A program made the position numbers and the translations under genes. The notes beneath the pieces are model-generated. The model searched no databases, was not told the origin of the DNA, and saw only the letters and a list, made by a program, of their open reading frames with translations. A DNA stretch of 36,496 nt from Candidatus Krumholzibacteriota bacterium (GTDB lineage: Bacteria > Krumholzibacteriota > Krumholzibacteriia > LZORAL124-64-63): the NCBI GenBank assembly GCA_039714075.1, contig JBDLKA010000027.1, positions 1-36,496 on the forward strand, in the 5' to 3' direction. Below, piece by piece: positions 15,547 through 29,825 of the stretch (within the stretch, counting starts at the first letter, position 1; each line of letters opens with the position of its first letter).

Positions 15547-16770
15547 TCAACGGGGTCGCAGCCAATCGGCGGGATCCAGGGGGGTTCGCCCCTGGCGCAC
15601 TTCGAAATACAGTTGGGGTTCATCCCCGGCGGCGGGCTTCCCGACTTCGGCGATGACCTGACCCCTGGCGATCTTATCGCCTTTGGCTACGAATACCCCT
15701 GCCAGATGTGCGTAAAGGGTATAGTACCCCGCGCCGTGGTCAAGGATAACGCATTGGCCGAACCCGGGCAACTGGTCCGAGTATTCGACCGTGCCGTTGG
15801 CGACGGACGCCACCGGGGATCCCGAGGGGGCAGCGATGTTGTACCCGTTGTTGAGGGTGACGGTCTTGAATTTGGGATGCACCGAACGTCCAAAGCCCCG
15901 CAGGAGGGTGCCGCGCACGGGCCAATCCAGATCACCGGCCTGCTTCACCAGCGAGTTGCCGGCGGCCTCGATCCGGACCTTCTTCTGGACGCGCTGCTGA
16001 TCCAGGTCCTCCAGGATGTAGGACAGCTTCTGTTTGTTGAGACCCATCTGCATCAGATCGGTTTTCAATTCCTTGCGCTCGGTTTCCAGTTCGCGCAGGG
16101 AACCCATCTGCTCGGCCATCAGTTCTTCCAGCCGGTCGTTCTCCAGGTTCTGTTCCTCCCGGGTCTGCCAGATCTCCGCCAGGGCCGCGTTCATCTGGCG
16201 CTGCTCACGCCGGAGAATCTGCCCCTCGGTCCGGACTTCCTCGAGCAGGCCCGCTCCCAGACGAGCCAGGGTGCGGCTGACCTTGACGGAGGTCAGCAAT
16301 TCGGAAAAACTTCCCGAAGTCAGGGCCAGTTCCAGATCGCTGCGCTGGGACCGGATATACATGGAGCGCAGACTTCTGGCCAGGGTCTGTTTGCGGTCGG
16401 CGAAGGTATTTCTCCTGATTTCCAGTTCCCGGGCCAGCAGATTGCTCCGTTCCTGAAGCTTGATTTCCTGCTGAACCATGTCGCTCATGAACTGACGACT
16501 CAATTCGATTTCCTTCTGAATATCCTCGTGACCGCGCCTGACGGAGGCCTCTTCCTGGTCCAGATTACTGATCCGTTTCCGGTGATGATCGATCTGCGAA
16601 CGGATCTCGGCGAGTTCGGAGGTATTTTCCTGGATGCTTTCCCGAAGCAGGTCCGGGTTCGCCTGGTTGCCGGCCATGTTGCCGGCTTCGACCTGACCCG
16701 CCGCGGGAAATCCGCAAATGGCCGCCACCGCGGCGCCAATCAGCATGATGATCGCCAGACGCCGCATCAT
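15547..16770 (-). CDS. envC: Murein hydrolase activator EnvC (coiled coil plus degenerate M23 domain)
   Basis: Signal peptide, long coiled coil, WPVRG, YAHL; metal ligands replaced (NNGYNI for HxGxD; QLYFE for HLHFE); follows ftsX. Confidence 0.88.
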   Translation of the reverse strand: MMRRLAIIMLIGAAVAAICGFPAAGQVEAGNMAGNQANPDLLRESIQENTSELAEIRSQIDHHRKRISNLDQEEASVRRGHEDIQKEIELSRQFMSDMVQQEIKLQERSNLLARELEIRRNTFADRKQTLARSLRSMYIRSQRSDLELALTSGSFSELLTSVKVSRTLARLGAGLLEEVRTEGQILRREQRQMNAALAEIWQTREEQNLENDRLEELMAEQMGSLRELETERKELKTDLMQMGLNKQKLSYILEDLDQQRVQKKVRIEAAGNSLVKQAGDLDWPVRGTLLRGFGRSVHPKFKTVTLNNGYNIAAPSGSPVASVANGTVEYSDQLPGFGQCVILDHGAGYYTLYAHLAGVFVAKGDKIARGQVIAEVGKPAAGDEPQLYFEVRQGRTPLDPADWLRPR

Positions 16771-17651
16771 ATCTCGCTTTGCATGGTCAGGTATTTTCTC
16801 ATGGCGGAATAGCTGCCGGTAAGGCCCAGCACGACACAGAACAGGATGAAGCCCGCGATCTGGCCGCCGGTGAAGAAGACGAGCCCGCCCAACCGGTCAT
16901 TCAACACGTACCCGGCCGCGGCCAACAGTCCCATGGCCAGTATGCCGGCCAACAGGCCCTGGATCATGCCCTCGCAAAGGTACGGTGTCCGGATGAAGGC
17001 GTTGGTGGCCCCGACCAGTTTCTGGATCTGGATGATCCGGGCGCTGGAGGCCATGGTCAGCTTGACGGTGTTGGATATGACGAACACCGCCGCCACGAAG
17101 ACGATCAGCCCCACCACGAGACTGGCCATGCGGAAGCGGAAGGTCCAACTCTCCAGGGCGTCGATCCAACCCTGGTTGAACAGGATTTCGGAAACTTCCT
17201 CCCAGACCGCGATCTCCTCGCGCACCTTCTCCACGGACTCCTGGTTGCGGGCGCCCGGGGTCATGGTCAAATGGTAGGAAGCCGGCAGGGGATTGGCGTC
17301 GAGCAGGTCCACGATTTCCGCATCCTCGCCGAGGCCTTCCTTGAACTGGCCCAGGGCGGTTTCGGGAGAAATCCAGGCTACCTTCTGCACGCCCGGGATG
17401 GCCAGCAATCGCGGTTGCAGGGCGGCCATCCGTTCGGGCCCCAGTCCGTCGTTCAGGAAGACCCTCATATCGATCCCCGCCCGGGCCGATTCCAGCATGT
17501 GGCCCATGTTGAGGGTGGCCAGGGTCAGGATGGCCAGGACCAGCAGGGCCGATCCCATGATCAGAATGGTGACACCGGTGGTCAACTTCCGCCGATGGAA
17601 ACCGGCGAACGACTCCCTGATCAGATGGGCTGACTGGGCTCTGTTAAGCAT
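16767..17651 (-). CDS. ftsX: Cell division permease-like protein FtsX
   Basis: Four-TM layout, [31 protein letters not shown]. Confidence 0.93.
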   Translation of the reverse strand: MLNRAQSAHLIRESFAGFHRRKLTTGVTILIMGSALLVLAILTLATLNMGHMLESARAGIDMRVFLNDGLGPERMAALQPRLLAIPGVQKVAWISPETALGQFKEGLGEDAEIVDLLDANPLPASYHLTMTPGARNQESVEKVREEIAVWEEVSEILFNQGWIDALESWTFRFRMASLVVGLIVFVAAVFVISNTVKLTMASSARIIQIQKLVGATNAFIRTPYLCEGMIQGLLAGILAMGLLAAAGYVLNDRLGGLVFFTGGQIAGFILFCVVLGLTGSYSAMRKYLTMQSEI

Positions 17652-18384
17652 TGACGATGTCCTTCCTACCGGTCGCCCGGTACATCCTGTCCGCCAGACT
17701 CACGGAGCGGTCCACCGGGACCCGCCGTTTTTCGTCGGAGGTGATCCGGCCGTCATTCATCACGATGACCCGCTGGCCGAAGGATTTGACGATGCCGTGG
17801 TCATGGGTGCTGAAAATAACGCTGGTGCCGGAATCGTTGATGCGGAACAGAAGGTCGATGATTTCCTGGGCCGTGACCGGATCGAGGTTTCCCGTCGGTT
17901 CGTCGGCCAAAAGGATCTTGGGGCTGTTCACCATGGCCCGGGCGATGGCCACCCGCTGCTGCTCTCCGCCGCTCAACTGGCGGGGCAGGCGGTGCCTCTT
18001 GTCGTACAGGCCGACCTGTGTCAGCACCCTCATGTTGTTGGTGACGATCTGCGCCCGGGGAATCCCCACCACCAGCTGGACGAACGATATGTTGTCCTCG
18101 ACGCTGCGGTCCTCCAGGAGACGGAAATCCTGAAAAACGAAACCTATCTCCCGGCGGAGCCGGGGCACCTTGCGGCGGCTCATCTTCGAGGACAGCATGC
18201 CGCGGACCATGACCTCGCCCTTGGTGGGAAAGGCGTCCATGGCGATCAACCGCAGGATACTGCTCTTGCCGGCCCCGCTGGGCCCCGTCAGACAGAGGAA
18301 TTCACCGTTGGGGACCGTAAAACTGACGTTGTCGACCGCTTTCTGGTCATCGTAGGCCAGGTCCACGTGGTAAAAACCGATCAC
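17644..18384 (-). CDS. ftsE: Cell division ATP-binding protein FtsE
   Basis: [51 protein letters not shown]; start probably GTG 18384 (ORF is open to 18492). Confidence 0.95.
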   Translation of the reverse strand: MIGFYHVDLAYDDQKAVDNVSFTVPNGEFLCLTGPSGAGKSSILRLIAMDAFPTKGEVMVRGMLSSKMSRRKVPRLRREIGFVFQDFRLLEDRSVEDNISFVQLVVGIPRAQIVTNNMRVLTQVGLYDKRHRLPRQLSGGEQQRVAIARAMVNSPKILLADEPTGNLDPVTAQEIIDLLFRINDSGTSVIFSTHDHGIVKSFGQRVIVMNDGRITSDEKRRVPVDRSVSLADRMYRATGRKDIVNA

Positions 18385-18569
18385 CGTCCGGGAATCCAGG
18401 GGCCCCTCGGAAAGCTTGTCTGATCGCGTATTGGGGTACTTCAATTCCGCCTCCAGACGGTAGTTAGGCCTGTTTTGATAGTCTTTTTTCACCTAAAACC
18501 CCACAGGGGGGACTTTTTCCATCAGACCTGTTTGCATGATCCGTGCCCGGAATTCGGTATATTGGGGGC

Positions 18570-18600
18570 AAAAAAAAGCCGCGGCCCATTGGCCGCGACT
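18570..18600 (-). terminator. Rho-independent terminator after surA-like gene
   Basis: AGUCGCGGCC-AAUG-GGCCGCGGCU followed by a U run. Confidence 0.85.
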
Positions 18601-18640
18601 TCACAAGGTTGAACAGGGGTTCCGGGTCCCGGATTCGGGA

Positions 18641-20002
18641 TCAGCTCTTCTCGTCGATGAAAAACTGCTCCCGCAAGTCGAGGACGTACTTCGCCAGGGC
18701 TTCCTCGATCTTCTGGCCTTCGACCACCTGGCGCAGATTGTCCTTCAATTCCTCGTAGGTGTACATGTGCCCGGCGATCCGGTCGTTGATCTGGAAAATG
18801 TACCAGCCCGCCGAAGTCATAACGGGCTCGGTAACCTCGCCGACCTCGGCTTCGGCCAGGGCGGCCTGGAACTGGGCCGACAGGTCCTCCAGGCGGAAAG
18901 TACCCAGCACCCCACCCTTGCTCGCGGAGGCGGGGTCACCACTGACCTCGGAGGCCACCAGCCCGAACGACTCCCCGTTCAGGATCCTGCTGCGGGCGTT
19001 GTCGATTTCGCTCCGGGCTGCGTCGACATCCTCCTGGGCCACCTCGATGGGCAGGAAAACCTGGCTGATGGCCCGGCGGCCGTCGTCCGTCACGGAGTCC
19101 AGCCGCAGAAGGTGGACGCCCCGGGAGCTGACCACCGGATCGCTGACCTCGGCGACGGACAGGTTGAAGACCGCGCGATCCAGGTTGGGATCGAACAGAT
19201 CGCCCGGCGCCACCACCCCCACCTCGCCGCCCCGCTGGGCGTTCGGTCCCTCGGAATACTCGCTGGCCACATCGGCGAAGGGTCGTCCCGAGGCCAGGGC
19301 GGCCTGGATCTCGGAGACCTTGTCCTGGATCTGTTGCCGCACCTCGACCGACGGCTGGACCGGAACCAGGATGTTGGCGATGGTCAGGCTGTCCGGTTCG
19401 GCGGGCATTTCCTCCAGGTTGGCCAGGTAGTAGTCCCGCACCTCGTTTTCCAGGACTTCGATATTGGGCCGGATGAATTTCCCGACGACCAGCCGGAGAT
19501 ACTGCTGGTCCCGCAGCTGGGATTTCATGCGGGCCCGGTAATCGTCAAGGGTCATCCCGCTGCGGTTCAATTCCCGGCGCAGATTGTCCAGGGATCCGAA
19601 ATGTTCGACGAACTGGTCGATCTTTTCCTGGACGCTCTGCTCGATCGCCTCTTCATCCACGTCCATGTCCGCCTGTTTGGCCGCGGCGATGATCAGCTTG
19701 CTCTCGATCAGGCGGTCCAGCATCTCCCGGCGCACTTCGGGAGAATCGGCGGGAATCGGTTCGCCCGCGTATTCCTTTTCCATCTTGAAGAGCTCGATTT
19801 CGCGGTCCAGATCACTCTGAAGGATGGCCTCTTCATCGACGATGGCCACGATCCGGTCGACCAGGCGGGGTCCCGAGCCCTGGGCCCCGGCGACCGAGCC
19901 CCACAGGGCCATCAACAAAACCAGGCCGGCCGCCAGGCGGGGGGCATGAAGCACCCCGCCCACAGGCGGCATCATTTTGCGGATTTCGGTATTCAATTCC
20001 AC
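18641..20002 (-). CDS. surA: SurA-like periplasmic chaperone/peptidylprolyl isomerase (two parvulin domains)
   Basis: Signal peptide, VDRIVAIVDEEAILQSD SurA N-domain start, two parvulin repeats (FADVASEYSEG...GG; FGLVASEVSGD...GG). Confidence 0.85.
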   Translation of the reverse strand: MELNTEIRKMMPPVGGVLHAPRLAAGLVLLMALWGSVAGAQGSGPRLVDRIVAIVDEEAILQSDLDREIELFKMEKEYAGEPIPADSPEVRREMLDRLIESKLIIAAAKQADMDVDEEAIEQSVQEKIDQFVEHFGSLDNLRRELNRSGMTLDDYRARMKSQLRDQQYLRLVVGKFIRPNIEVLENEVRDYYLANLEEMPAEPDSLTIANILVPVQPSVEVRQQIQDKVSEIQAALASGRPFADVASEYSEGPNAQRGGEVGVVAPGDLFDPNLDRAVFNLSVAEVSDPVVSSRGVHLLRLDSVTDDGRRAISQVFLPIEVAQEDVDAARSEIDNARSRILNGESFGLVASEVSGDPASASKGGVLGTFRLEDLSAQFQAALAEAEVGEVTEPVMTSAGWYIFQINDRIAGHMYTYEELKDNLRQVVEGQKIEEALAKYVLDLREQFFIDEKS

Positions 20003-20018
20003 AAACCTTTCCCCGCGA

Positions 20019-21847
20019 TTAATTGCGTGCCACCGGCTCGCCGACGATCTCCGTGGTCCTCAATTCCTCCCAGGATGCCAGATCGGCCAGGCGATCCTCG
20101 AAGGTCGTCACCGGGATGTCTTCCTTCCACTGGTCCAGCTTGGCCTGGAACATCTGCTCCTTGCGCTGGTCCCTGACCCGCTGGCCGACCGGTTCCCTGA
20201 CCTCCGCCAGCTCGACCGGCCTCTGGGGAACGATCGACTCCAGCATGACGACGCCGAAACGGCCATCGCCCAGGGGGAACGGCTGGCTCACCTCGCCCGC
20301 CTGGAGGGCGAACAGGGCCGTGGAAACGGGGTTGTCATCCTTCAGGACGACATTTTCCAGGGCGCCGGCATTGGCTTTGTTGTCGGCGTCGCTGCCGTAG
20401 GTTTCCAGGATTTCACTCCAGGCCATCCCTTTTTCGGCCTGGGACCAGGCTTCGGCAGCCTTCTCCTCGCTGCGGCAGATGACCTGGCGACCGGCCCGGT
20501 TCTCCAGGGCGAAATATTCCTGGGAATGGTCCGCCCAGAAGGCATCCAGATCCTCGGGGGTGACCTGTTCATCGATCTGGACGACTTCGCTGTACAGCTT
20601 GCCGACGATCATCTCCTCGATCTTGATATTGACCTTGGCCATGACATCGGGATCCTCGAACATTCCCCGGTCCTCGGCCTCGAAGTTGAGCAGGGTTTTC
20701 CCCAATTCCGCCCTGATCTTGCTGCGCAGGCCGCCGAGCATTTCGGTATCCTTGGGCCGCTGGAAAACGCTCATCTTGTCGAAATGGATCTTGTAGTCCA
20801 GCAGGGTGTATTCCTGCAGGCCGTCACGGCCCATGTAGGAATACAGCACCAGATCCATGTCTTCGGTGGCGATCTGGAGGGGGGCCAGCTCATCCTGCTT
20901 GCGCGGATCCTGCGTACCCTCCTTGAACAGGGTTTCGCCGACGGGAAGACCTTGATAACACTTCCACAGGCCGTCCTCGTGGATGGTGAACTGGAATTTT
21001 TCTTCCACCGACTTGAGGAAATCCTCTTTCAGATGCGAGAGCTTCCGCACATGGGTCACGTCCAGGATCTGGGCCTTGGCTTCTTCGAGGGGGGGCTTCT
21101 TGCCGGGTTTCTCCTGGAGGACCTTCAGCACCCAATAGCCGTAAACCGTAGTTATCGGCGGGGTGATTTCCCCGATTTCGGTGTTGAAGACCCCGTCCTC
21201 GAATTCAGGATTGTAGCGCCCGAAGGGAACCGGGATTTCATAGACGCCGGAAGGGGGATCCCCACCGTCGTGGTATTCGTGGACCACATCTTCCCAGTCG
21301 GCCCCTTCGACGGCCATTTTCCGGGCCGCCTCGGCATCATCCTTGAAGTTGCAGATGACATACTGGCAAATCCTCGAGGAGCCCATCTTGGCGTAGAAGG
21401 CTTCCAGTTCCTCGGGGCTGATCGTGCTGGCGGGTTCCTGGATGACCTTGTCCCACATCGCCTGGCTGGCCTCGTAGGCGGACAGGGTTTCGCGGGCCTT
21501 GGCGATGTTGGGGTCGTTCTCCAGACCCATGTTTCGCGCGGTCTGGACCATGATTTCCTTGTTGATCAGCGTTTCCAGGAATTTTTGTTTGCCTTCCGGA
21601 AGCGACATGTCCAGGGCCAGTCCGTCGGCGGACCGGGGAAGCTCTTTCTCCTCCAGCCTGACCAGCCGATCCTCGTAGTAACCGGCCTTGATCTCCACCT
21701 TGCCGACGGTGGCCAGCACTGCGTCTTTCTCCCCACCGCCGCCGCAACCGGACAGCACCGCCAGCAGGACGGCCAGGGAGGTAAGGGTCAGCAGGACAAC
21801 TGCCGGGACGGACCGGACGTTCCGGTTGTTCCGAACGGTCTGGGAAT

Positions 21848-21866
<19 letters not shown>
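20019..21866 (-). CDS. Lipoprotein foldase, PrsA/SurA-like, with two divergent parvulin domains
   Basis: Lipobox VLSG-C, VLATVG, duplicated SurA-N/parvulin units (FEDGVFNTEIGEITPPITT; ALFALQAGEVSQP); lies between mfd and surA. Confidence 0.8.
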
Positions 21867-25369
<3,503 letters not shown>

Positions 25370-25413
25370 GGTGGACCTTGCCGCCGGCTGTTCCGCTGGA
25401 ACAGGAGGGCCGG

Positions 25414-26646
25414 CTAGAACGTGGCGCGTTGCTCGTTGAACGGCGTGATCATGCGCAACCGTTCGATGATCGGGGGCAGCGCCTTGATCACGTAATCCAC
25501 TTCGTCCCGGGTATTGTACCGGGACAGGGAAAAGCGGATCGATCCGTGGGTCAGGGTGAACGGCAGGCCCATGGCCCGCAATACGTGGGAAGGTTCGAGG
25601 CTGCCGCTGGTGCAGGCCGAGCCGCTGCTGGCGGCCACCTTCACGCGATCCAGCAGCAGCAGGATTCCTTCGCCCTCGATGTACTGGAAACTGATGTTGG
25701 TGGTATTGGGCAGACGGTGCTCCGGATCCCCGTTGGCCTGGGTGTCGGGGATCGCGTCCAGCAGCCCCTTTTCGAGACGATCCCGCAACGACCGGACGAC
25801 CGTGTTCTCGTATTCGATATTATCGGCGGCAAGCCCGCAGGCCACCCCCATGCCGGCCACCGAAGCCACGTTTTCCGTCCCGGCCCGACGCCCCCGCTCT
25901 TGATGGCCGCCCACGATCAGGGGACGGATCTTGGTGCCCTTGCGGACGTACAGGGCGCCCACTCCCTTGGGAGCGTGCAGCTTGTGACCCGAAATTGAAA
26001 AAAGATCAATGGACGAGGATTTCAGATCCAGGGGCAGTTTGCCCGCGGCCTGCACGCCGTCCACATGAAAGACCGAACCGTTCTCCTTGACGATCCGCCC
26101 GGCGGCCTCGACATCGAAAATGACCCCGGTTTCGTTGTTGGCCATCATGATCGAGACGATGGCCGTGTCCGGGCGCAGCGCCTGGCGGAGTTCCTCATGA
26201 TCCAACCGGCCCGCTTCGTCCACCGCCAGATAGGTGACTTCATACCCCTGCCGTTTTTCGAGATCCCGGCACAGCCCCAGGACGGCGGGATGCTCGACCG
26301 CGGTGGTGATCAGATGCCTTTTGCGGGGTTGCGCGTGCAGGGTGCCGACGATGGCCAGGTTGTCGCTTTCGGATCCGCCCCCGGTAAGCACGATTTCGCT
26401 GGCCTGGGATGCTCCGAGCAGGGCCTGGATCCTGTCCCGCGCTGCGGCGACCTCATCGCCGGCCCGGGCGCCGAATGAATGCATGCTGGAAGGATTGCCG
26501 AAATGATCGGTCAACAGGGGAATCATCTTCTCGACGACTTCGGGGGCCACCGGCGTGGTGGCGTTGTTGTCGAAGTAGATGCCCTTTGCAGGCGGCTCGG
26601 GCACCCCGTCCATCATGTTGAATCCTGAATTGCCGCTGTTCATCAC
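25414..26646 (-). CDS. nifS: Cysteine desulfurase NifS (group I)
   Basis: YFDNNATT, FGNPSSMH, VEHPAV, ANNETG, HVDGVQ, SGHK (PLP Lys), SSGSACTSGSLEPSHVL. Confidence 0.96.
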   Translation of the reverse strand: MMNSGNSGFNMMDGVPEPPAKGIYFDNNATTPVAPEVVEKMIPLLTDHFGNPSSMHSFGARAGDEVAAARDRIQALLGASQASEIVLTGGGSESDNLAIVGTLHAQPRKRHLITTAVEHPAVLGLCRDLEKRQGYEVTYLAVDEAGRLDHEELRQALRPDTAIVSIMMANNETGVIFDVEAAGRIVKENGSVFHVDGVQAAGKLPLDLKSSSIDLFSISGHKLHAPKGVGALYVRKGTKIRPLIVGGHQERGRRAGTENVASVAGMGVACGLAADNIEYENTVVRSLRDRLEKGLLDAIPDTQANGDPEHRLPNTTNISFQYIEGEGILLLLDRVKVAASSGSACTSGSLEPSHVLRAMGLPFTLTHGSIRFSLSRYNTRDEVDYVIKALPPIIERLRMITPFNEQRATF

Positions 26647-27551
26647 TTGTCCACCTCTATCACTTCCAGGTCTTCCCGGATGAATTCCCGCAACTGGGCC
26701 TCGACGTAGCCCTTGATGGTCGCGTCGGATTTCTTGCAGGCGGCGCAGCTTCCCGTAAGCCGGACAAAGACCTTGCCTTCGCGGTACCGCACGAATTCGA
26801 TGTCGCCGCCGTCGTTGCGCAGGGCCACCGAGATGTCCTCGACCAGCAATTCCTGGATCCGGCCGACCAGTTCCCCGTCGGCGGGATCATGATCGACGGC
26901 CGGGGCCGTAGGCATGGAGTCGAGTTGAACCAGGCCCCCTCCCTGCTTCGGGGCGGGAGCCTCGCCGCGTTCGATCTTGTCCCAGCAATCCCGCAGCAGG
27001 TCGCCGATGTCGTGATGGCAGTCACCGCAGCCGCCGCCGGCCTTGGTGAAGTTGGTGACGTCTTCGATATCCGCGAGACGGTGGTTGTAGATGGCTTCCC
27101 GGACAGTATCCTTGGTCACCTGGTAACAGTGGCACAGCAGGCTTTCCTGCTTGATCAGATCACAGGGGACACCCTTTCCCAGGCGCTTGTAATGATCGAT
27201 CATGGCTGCTTCCAGGGCTTCGCGGCCCATGACGGAGCAGTGCATTTTTTCCCGGGGCAGGCCGTCCAGTTCCTCGGCAATGTCCTCGTTGGTAATTTGC
27301 GCGGCCTCTTCCAGGGTCTTTCCCTTGACCATTTCGGTCAGGATGCTGCTCGAGGCGATGGCGCTACCGCAGCCGAAAGTCTGAAACTTGGCGTCGGCGA
27401 TTTTCCCGTCTTCATCGAGTTTGAACGACAGCCGCAGGGCGTCGCCGCAGGCCATGGATCCGACTTCGCCCACACCGTCGGGGTCTTCGATCTCCCCCAC
27501 GTTGCGGGGGTTCATGAAGTGGTCCAACACCTTTTCCGAGTAATTCCACAT
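26643..27551 (-). CDS. nifU: Fe-S cluster scaffold NifU (three-domain)
   Basis: IscU-like N-domain (ACGD, FGCG, MHC), central BFD-like [2Fe-2S] domain (CHC...GGGCGDC), C-terminal Nfu domain (DGGD...GSCAAC). Confidence 0.95.
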   Translation of the reverse strand: MWNYSEKVLDHFMNPRNVGEIEDPDGVGEVGSMACGDALRLSFKLDEDGKIADAKFQTFGCGSAIASSSILTEMVKGKTLEEAAQITNEDIAEELDGLPREKMHCSVMGREALEAAMIDHYKRLGKGVPCDLIKQESLLCHCYQVTKDTVREAIYNHRLADIEDVTNFTKAGGGCGDCHHDIGDLLRDCWDKIERGEAPAPKQGGGLVQLDSMPTAPAVDHDPADGELVGRIQELLVEDISVALRNDGGDIEFVRYREGKVFVRLTGSCAACKKSDATIKGYVEAQLREFIREDLEVIEVDK

Positions 27552-27617
27552 GGAAGCCGGCTCCTTGAATTCCCGCTCATCCTATGTCGTGGGCGGAAAG
27601 CAAACGGTTGCCGCGAA

Positions 27618-27642
27618 AACACGGACATCTTTAGTCATATAT
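27618..27642 (-). promoter_or_regulatory. Putative IscR/Rrf2 type-1-like operator upstream of nifU
   Basis: ATATATGACTAAAGATGTCCGTGTT: GAC-N7-GTC core, 16/25 match by my count to the E. coli IscR type-1 consensus ATASYYGACTRWWWYAGTCRRSTAT. Confidence 0.5.
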
Positions 27643-27683
27643 CCCATCCCAAGGAAACGGTCCCTGGAGAAATATGCAAGCGA

Positions 27684-29825
27684 TTATGAAACGTTTTCCG
27701 GCCCCGGCCCGGGGCGCATCCGCGCACCCCTGCCCAGCCAGACTTCGCCCAGCAGCAGCACCAGCGCACAACCCAGCAGCCAGGGCGCCACATCCCGGCC
27801 TCCGAGTGAGGCCATGAAGTCGGCCGGGGCCTGGTCGGAGAGATCGCCGATGACATCCAGGTCCAGGTCCTGCATCATTTTACCCCAGTCGTGAGGATCC
27901 TGCAGTTCCAGGGTCGATTCCATGGCGGGAATGCCGGCGGCCACCACGCCCAGGGTATCGCTTCCGGCCAGGAAGGTGATGAATCCCGCCCTGGCCACGG
28001 TTCCCCCCCGCAAAAGGGGCACTCCGCCCTGCCAATCCAGGGACGCGGCGGCTTTTTCCCCGTCCCCGGGGCCGGTTACCAGCAGGTTTTCCGCCTTCTC
28101 CATGGCCGATCCGGATTCCGACGGCAGCGGACGAACCACGGCCTCCTGCCCCACATCGATATTGACCGCGGCGGACAGGCGGCCGGGCACCGCCAGCCAG
28201 GAAACCAGGCGCTGGAAAAAAGGCAGGGCCATGGGGCTGGCCGCCAGATCGTTTCCCTGGGGCAGGAGATTGAATGGCAACACCGCGAATTTTCCCTCGC
28301 CGCGCGCTCCCTCGATCAACACCGGGTCCTCGCCGGTGAGGGTCAAAAGGACGGTGCCCTCACCCTCGGTCAGGCGGAACCACCGCCGCCAGGACACCTC
28401 CTCGAAGGTGCCGACCGCCTCGGGATCCAGCCCCGCGAAAACGGGATGGGTGGCGTCGATCACCCTGACGTGCTGGCCCGCGCCGGTGACGGCCTGGAAA
28501 TCCACCGCGGGGGGCAGCCCGAGACCGGGCAGAAGCGTCCGCGAAAGGTAGCCCGCACCGGTGGGGTCTCCCACCAGGAACAGGGCCGCGCCGCCCTGGT
28601 CCAGCCAGGCCAGCAACCCTTCCAGGGCCCGTCGTCCCAACGGTTCGGGATCCACGAAAACCAGTAGATCGCTGGCGGACATGGCCCCGGTCGTCAAATC
28701 GGCACCCGCCACCGGCCGGACCCGGAACGGCGAAGGACCGTTTCCCGGAGCCAGAGCCTGGGCCAGGTAGCGCCAACCGCCGCGCCCGCCCACCGTATCG
28801 GCGGGCCTGTCCGCGCCATGGACCAGCAGGACCGAGACGGCGTCGGGCACCCCCAGGACAAAGGCGCGGCTGTCGTCCCCGGCAAAGGCGTCGCTTTCCT
28901 TGCGGATCACACCCCGGTGCAGCCCGACCCCGGGAACCGTCACCGGGAATTCAACCGCCACGGGGCCGGCGCCGCTACCCCGGGTCACCGCTTCGGCCAC
29001 GGGTCGGCCGTCGATCTCCAGGGAGAAAACCTGCTCGTCGAATTCGGGAAGCACCCGGGCCCCCAGGGTGATGTTTTCCCCCGGCCGGACGGCCCGGTCC
29101 GGAAGATCAACCGCCAGGATACCGCCTCCGGGCGCTTCATGACCCACCCGGTACACCAGGAATCTGGTCGCGCCGGCATTGTTGAGTTTTTCGGCGGCCG
29201 GTTCCCATTTCAAATCCCGGCCCGTTTCCTGAAGGTCGCTCAGCACCACGATTTCCACCGGGGTGCCGGGCGCCCTGGCCACGACGCGCGCCGCTTCCCG
29301 CAGGACGGCCGCCAGGTCCCAGGGCCCATCGGTGGGTTGAACCAGGGAAAGTCCCCCCACCGCCCCCGCCCCGGCGGGCAGCCAATCCCCGAAAAGAGGG
29401 GCGGTCCGGCCGCCGGCGGTGACGACCTGGACCGCGGCGCCACTCGGCAGCGCCCGGATCATTTCTTCGCACGCCGCCAGCGCGGCCTCCAGGCGGGTGC
29501 CTTCATCCATTTGCGTCCCCATGCTGGCGCTGGTGTCGATGACGAACAGGACCGAGCGGTCCCCGCTGGCGGCGCCGACCCCTCCGTAGCGCGGACCCGC
29601 GGCCGCCAGGGCCACCAGCAGGATGGCCAGCACCCTGAGCAGCAACAGCAGCCAGCGCCGGATTCCCAGGCTGCGCGCCTGCCGGGACTGGACCTCGTCC
29701 AGGAACCGCAGGTCGCTGAACGGCAACCGCCGCACCCGGCGGCGGCTGAGGAAATGAATGATGATCGGCAGGGCCGCCGCCGCGGTCCCGAACAAAAGCG
29801 TGGGATTGAGGAAAGACAACGGCAT
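27684..29825 (-). CDS. BatA-domain/vWA membrane protein
   Basis: N-terminal BatA double-TM motif (FLNP...LPIIIH...F...RFL), MIDAS DTSAS plus LSD, C-terminal TM helix with LLxEVW. Confidence 0.88.
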   Translation of the reverse strand: MPLSFLNPTLLFGTAAAALPIIIHFLSRRRVRRLPFSDLRFLDEVQSRQARSLGIRRWLLLLLRVLAILLVALAAAGPRYGGVGAASGDRSVLFVIDTSASMGTQMDEGTRLEAALAACEEMIRALPSGAAVQVVTAGGRTAPLFGDWLPAGAGAVGGLSLVQPTDGPWDLAAVLREAARVVARAPGTPVEIVVLSDLQETGRDLKWEPAAEKLNNAGATRFLVYRVGHEAPGGGILAVDLPDRAVRPGENITLGARVLPEFDEQVFSLEIDGRPVAEAVTRGSGAGPVAVEFPVTVPGVGLHRGVIRKESDAFAGDDSRAFVLGVPDAVSVLLVHGADRPADTVGGRGGWRYLAQALAPGNGPSPFRVRPVAGADLTTGAMSASDLLVFVDPEPLGRRALEGLLAWLDQGGAALFLVGDPTGAGYLSRTLLPGLGLPPAVDFQAVTGAGQHVRVIDATHPVFAGLDPEAVGTFEEVSWRRWFRLTEGEGTVLLTLTGEDPVLIEGARGEGKFAVLPFNLLPQGNDLAASPMALPFFQRLVSWLAVPGRLSAAVNIDVGQEAVVRPLPSESGSAMEKAENLLVTGPGDGEKAAASLDWQGGVPLLRGGTVARAGFITFLAGSDTLGVVAAGIPAMESTLELQDPHDWGKMMQDLDLDVIGDLSDQAPADFMASLGGRDVAPWLLGCALVLLLGEVWLGRGARMRPGPGPENVS

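Noticed and set aside
15547..15900. Active M23 endopeptidase
   Set aside because: The zinc ligands are substituted (NNGYNI, QLYFE), the normal state for EnvC activators, so it is neither active nor novel.
18616..18640. Short degenerate 7-mer repeat (GGTTCCG GGTCCCG GATTCGG) after surA, and the CCGGGG repeat near 13392-13410
   Set aside because: Too short and low-complexity for GC-rich DNA; the second simply encodes PRPRPR. No CRISPR-like repeat-spacer periodicity was seen anywhere in the window.
25414..27551. Nitrogen fixation locus
   Set aside because: Only nifU and nifS are present; there are no nifHDKENB genes in the window.
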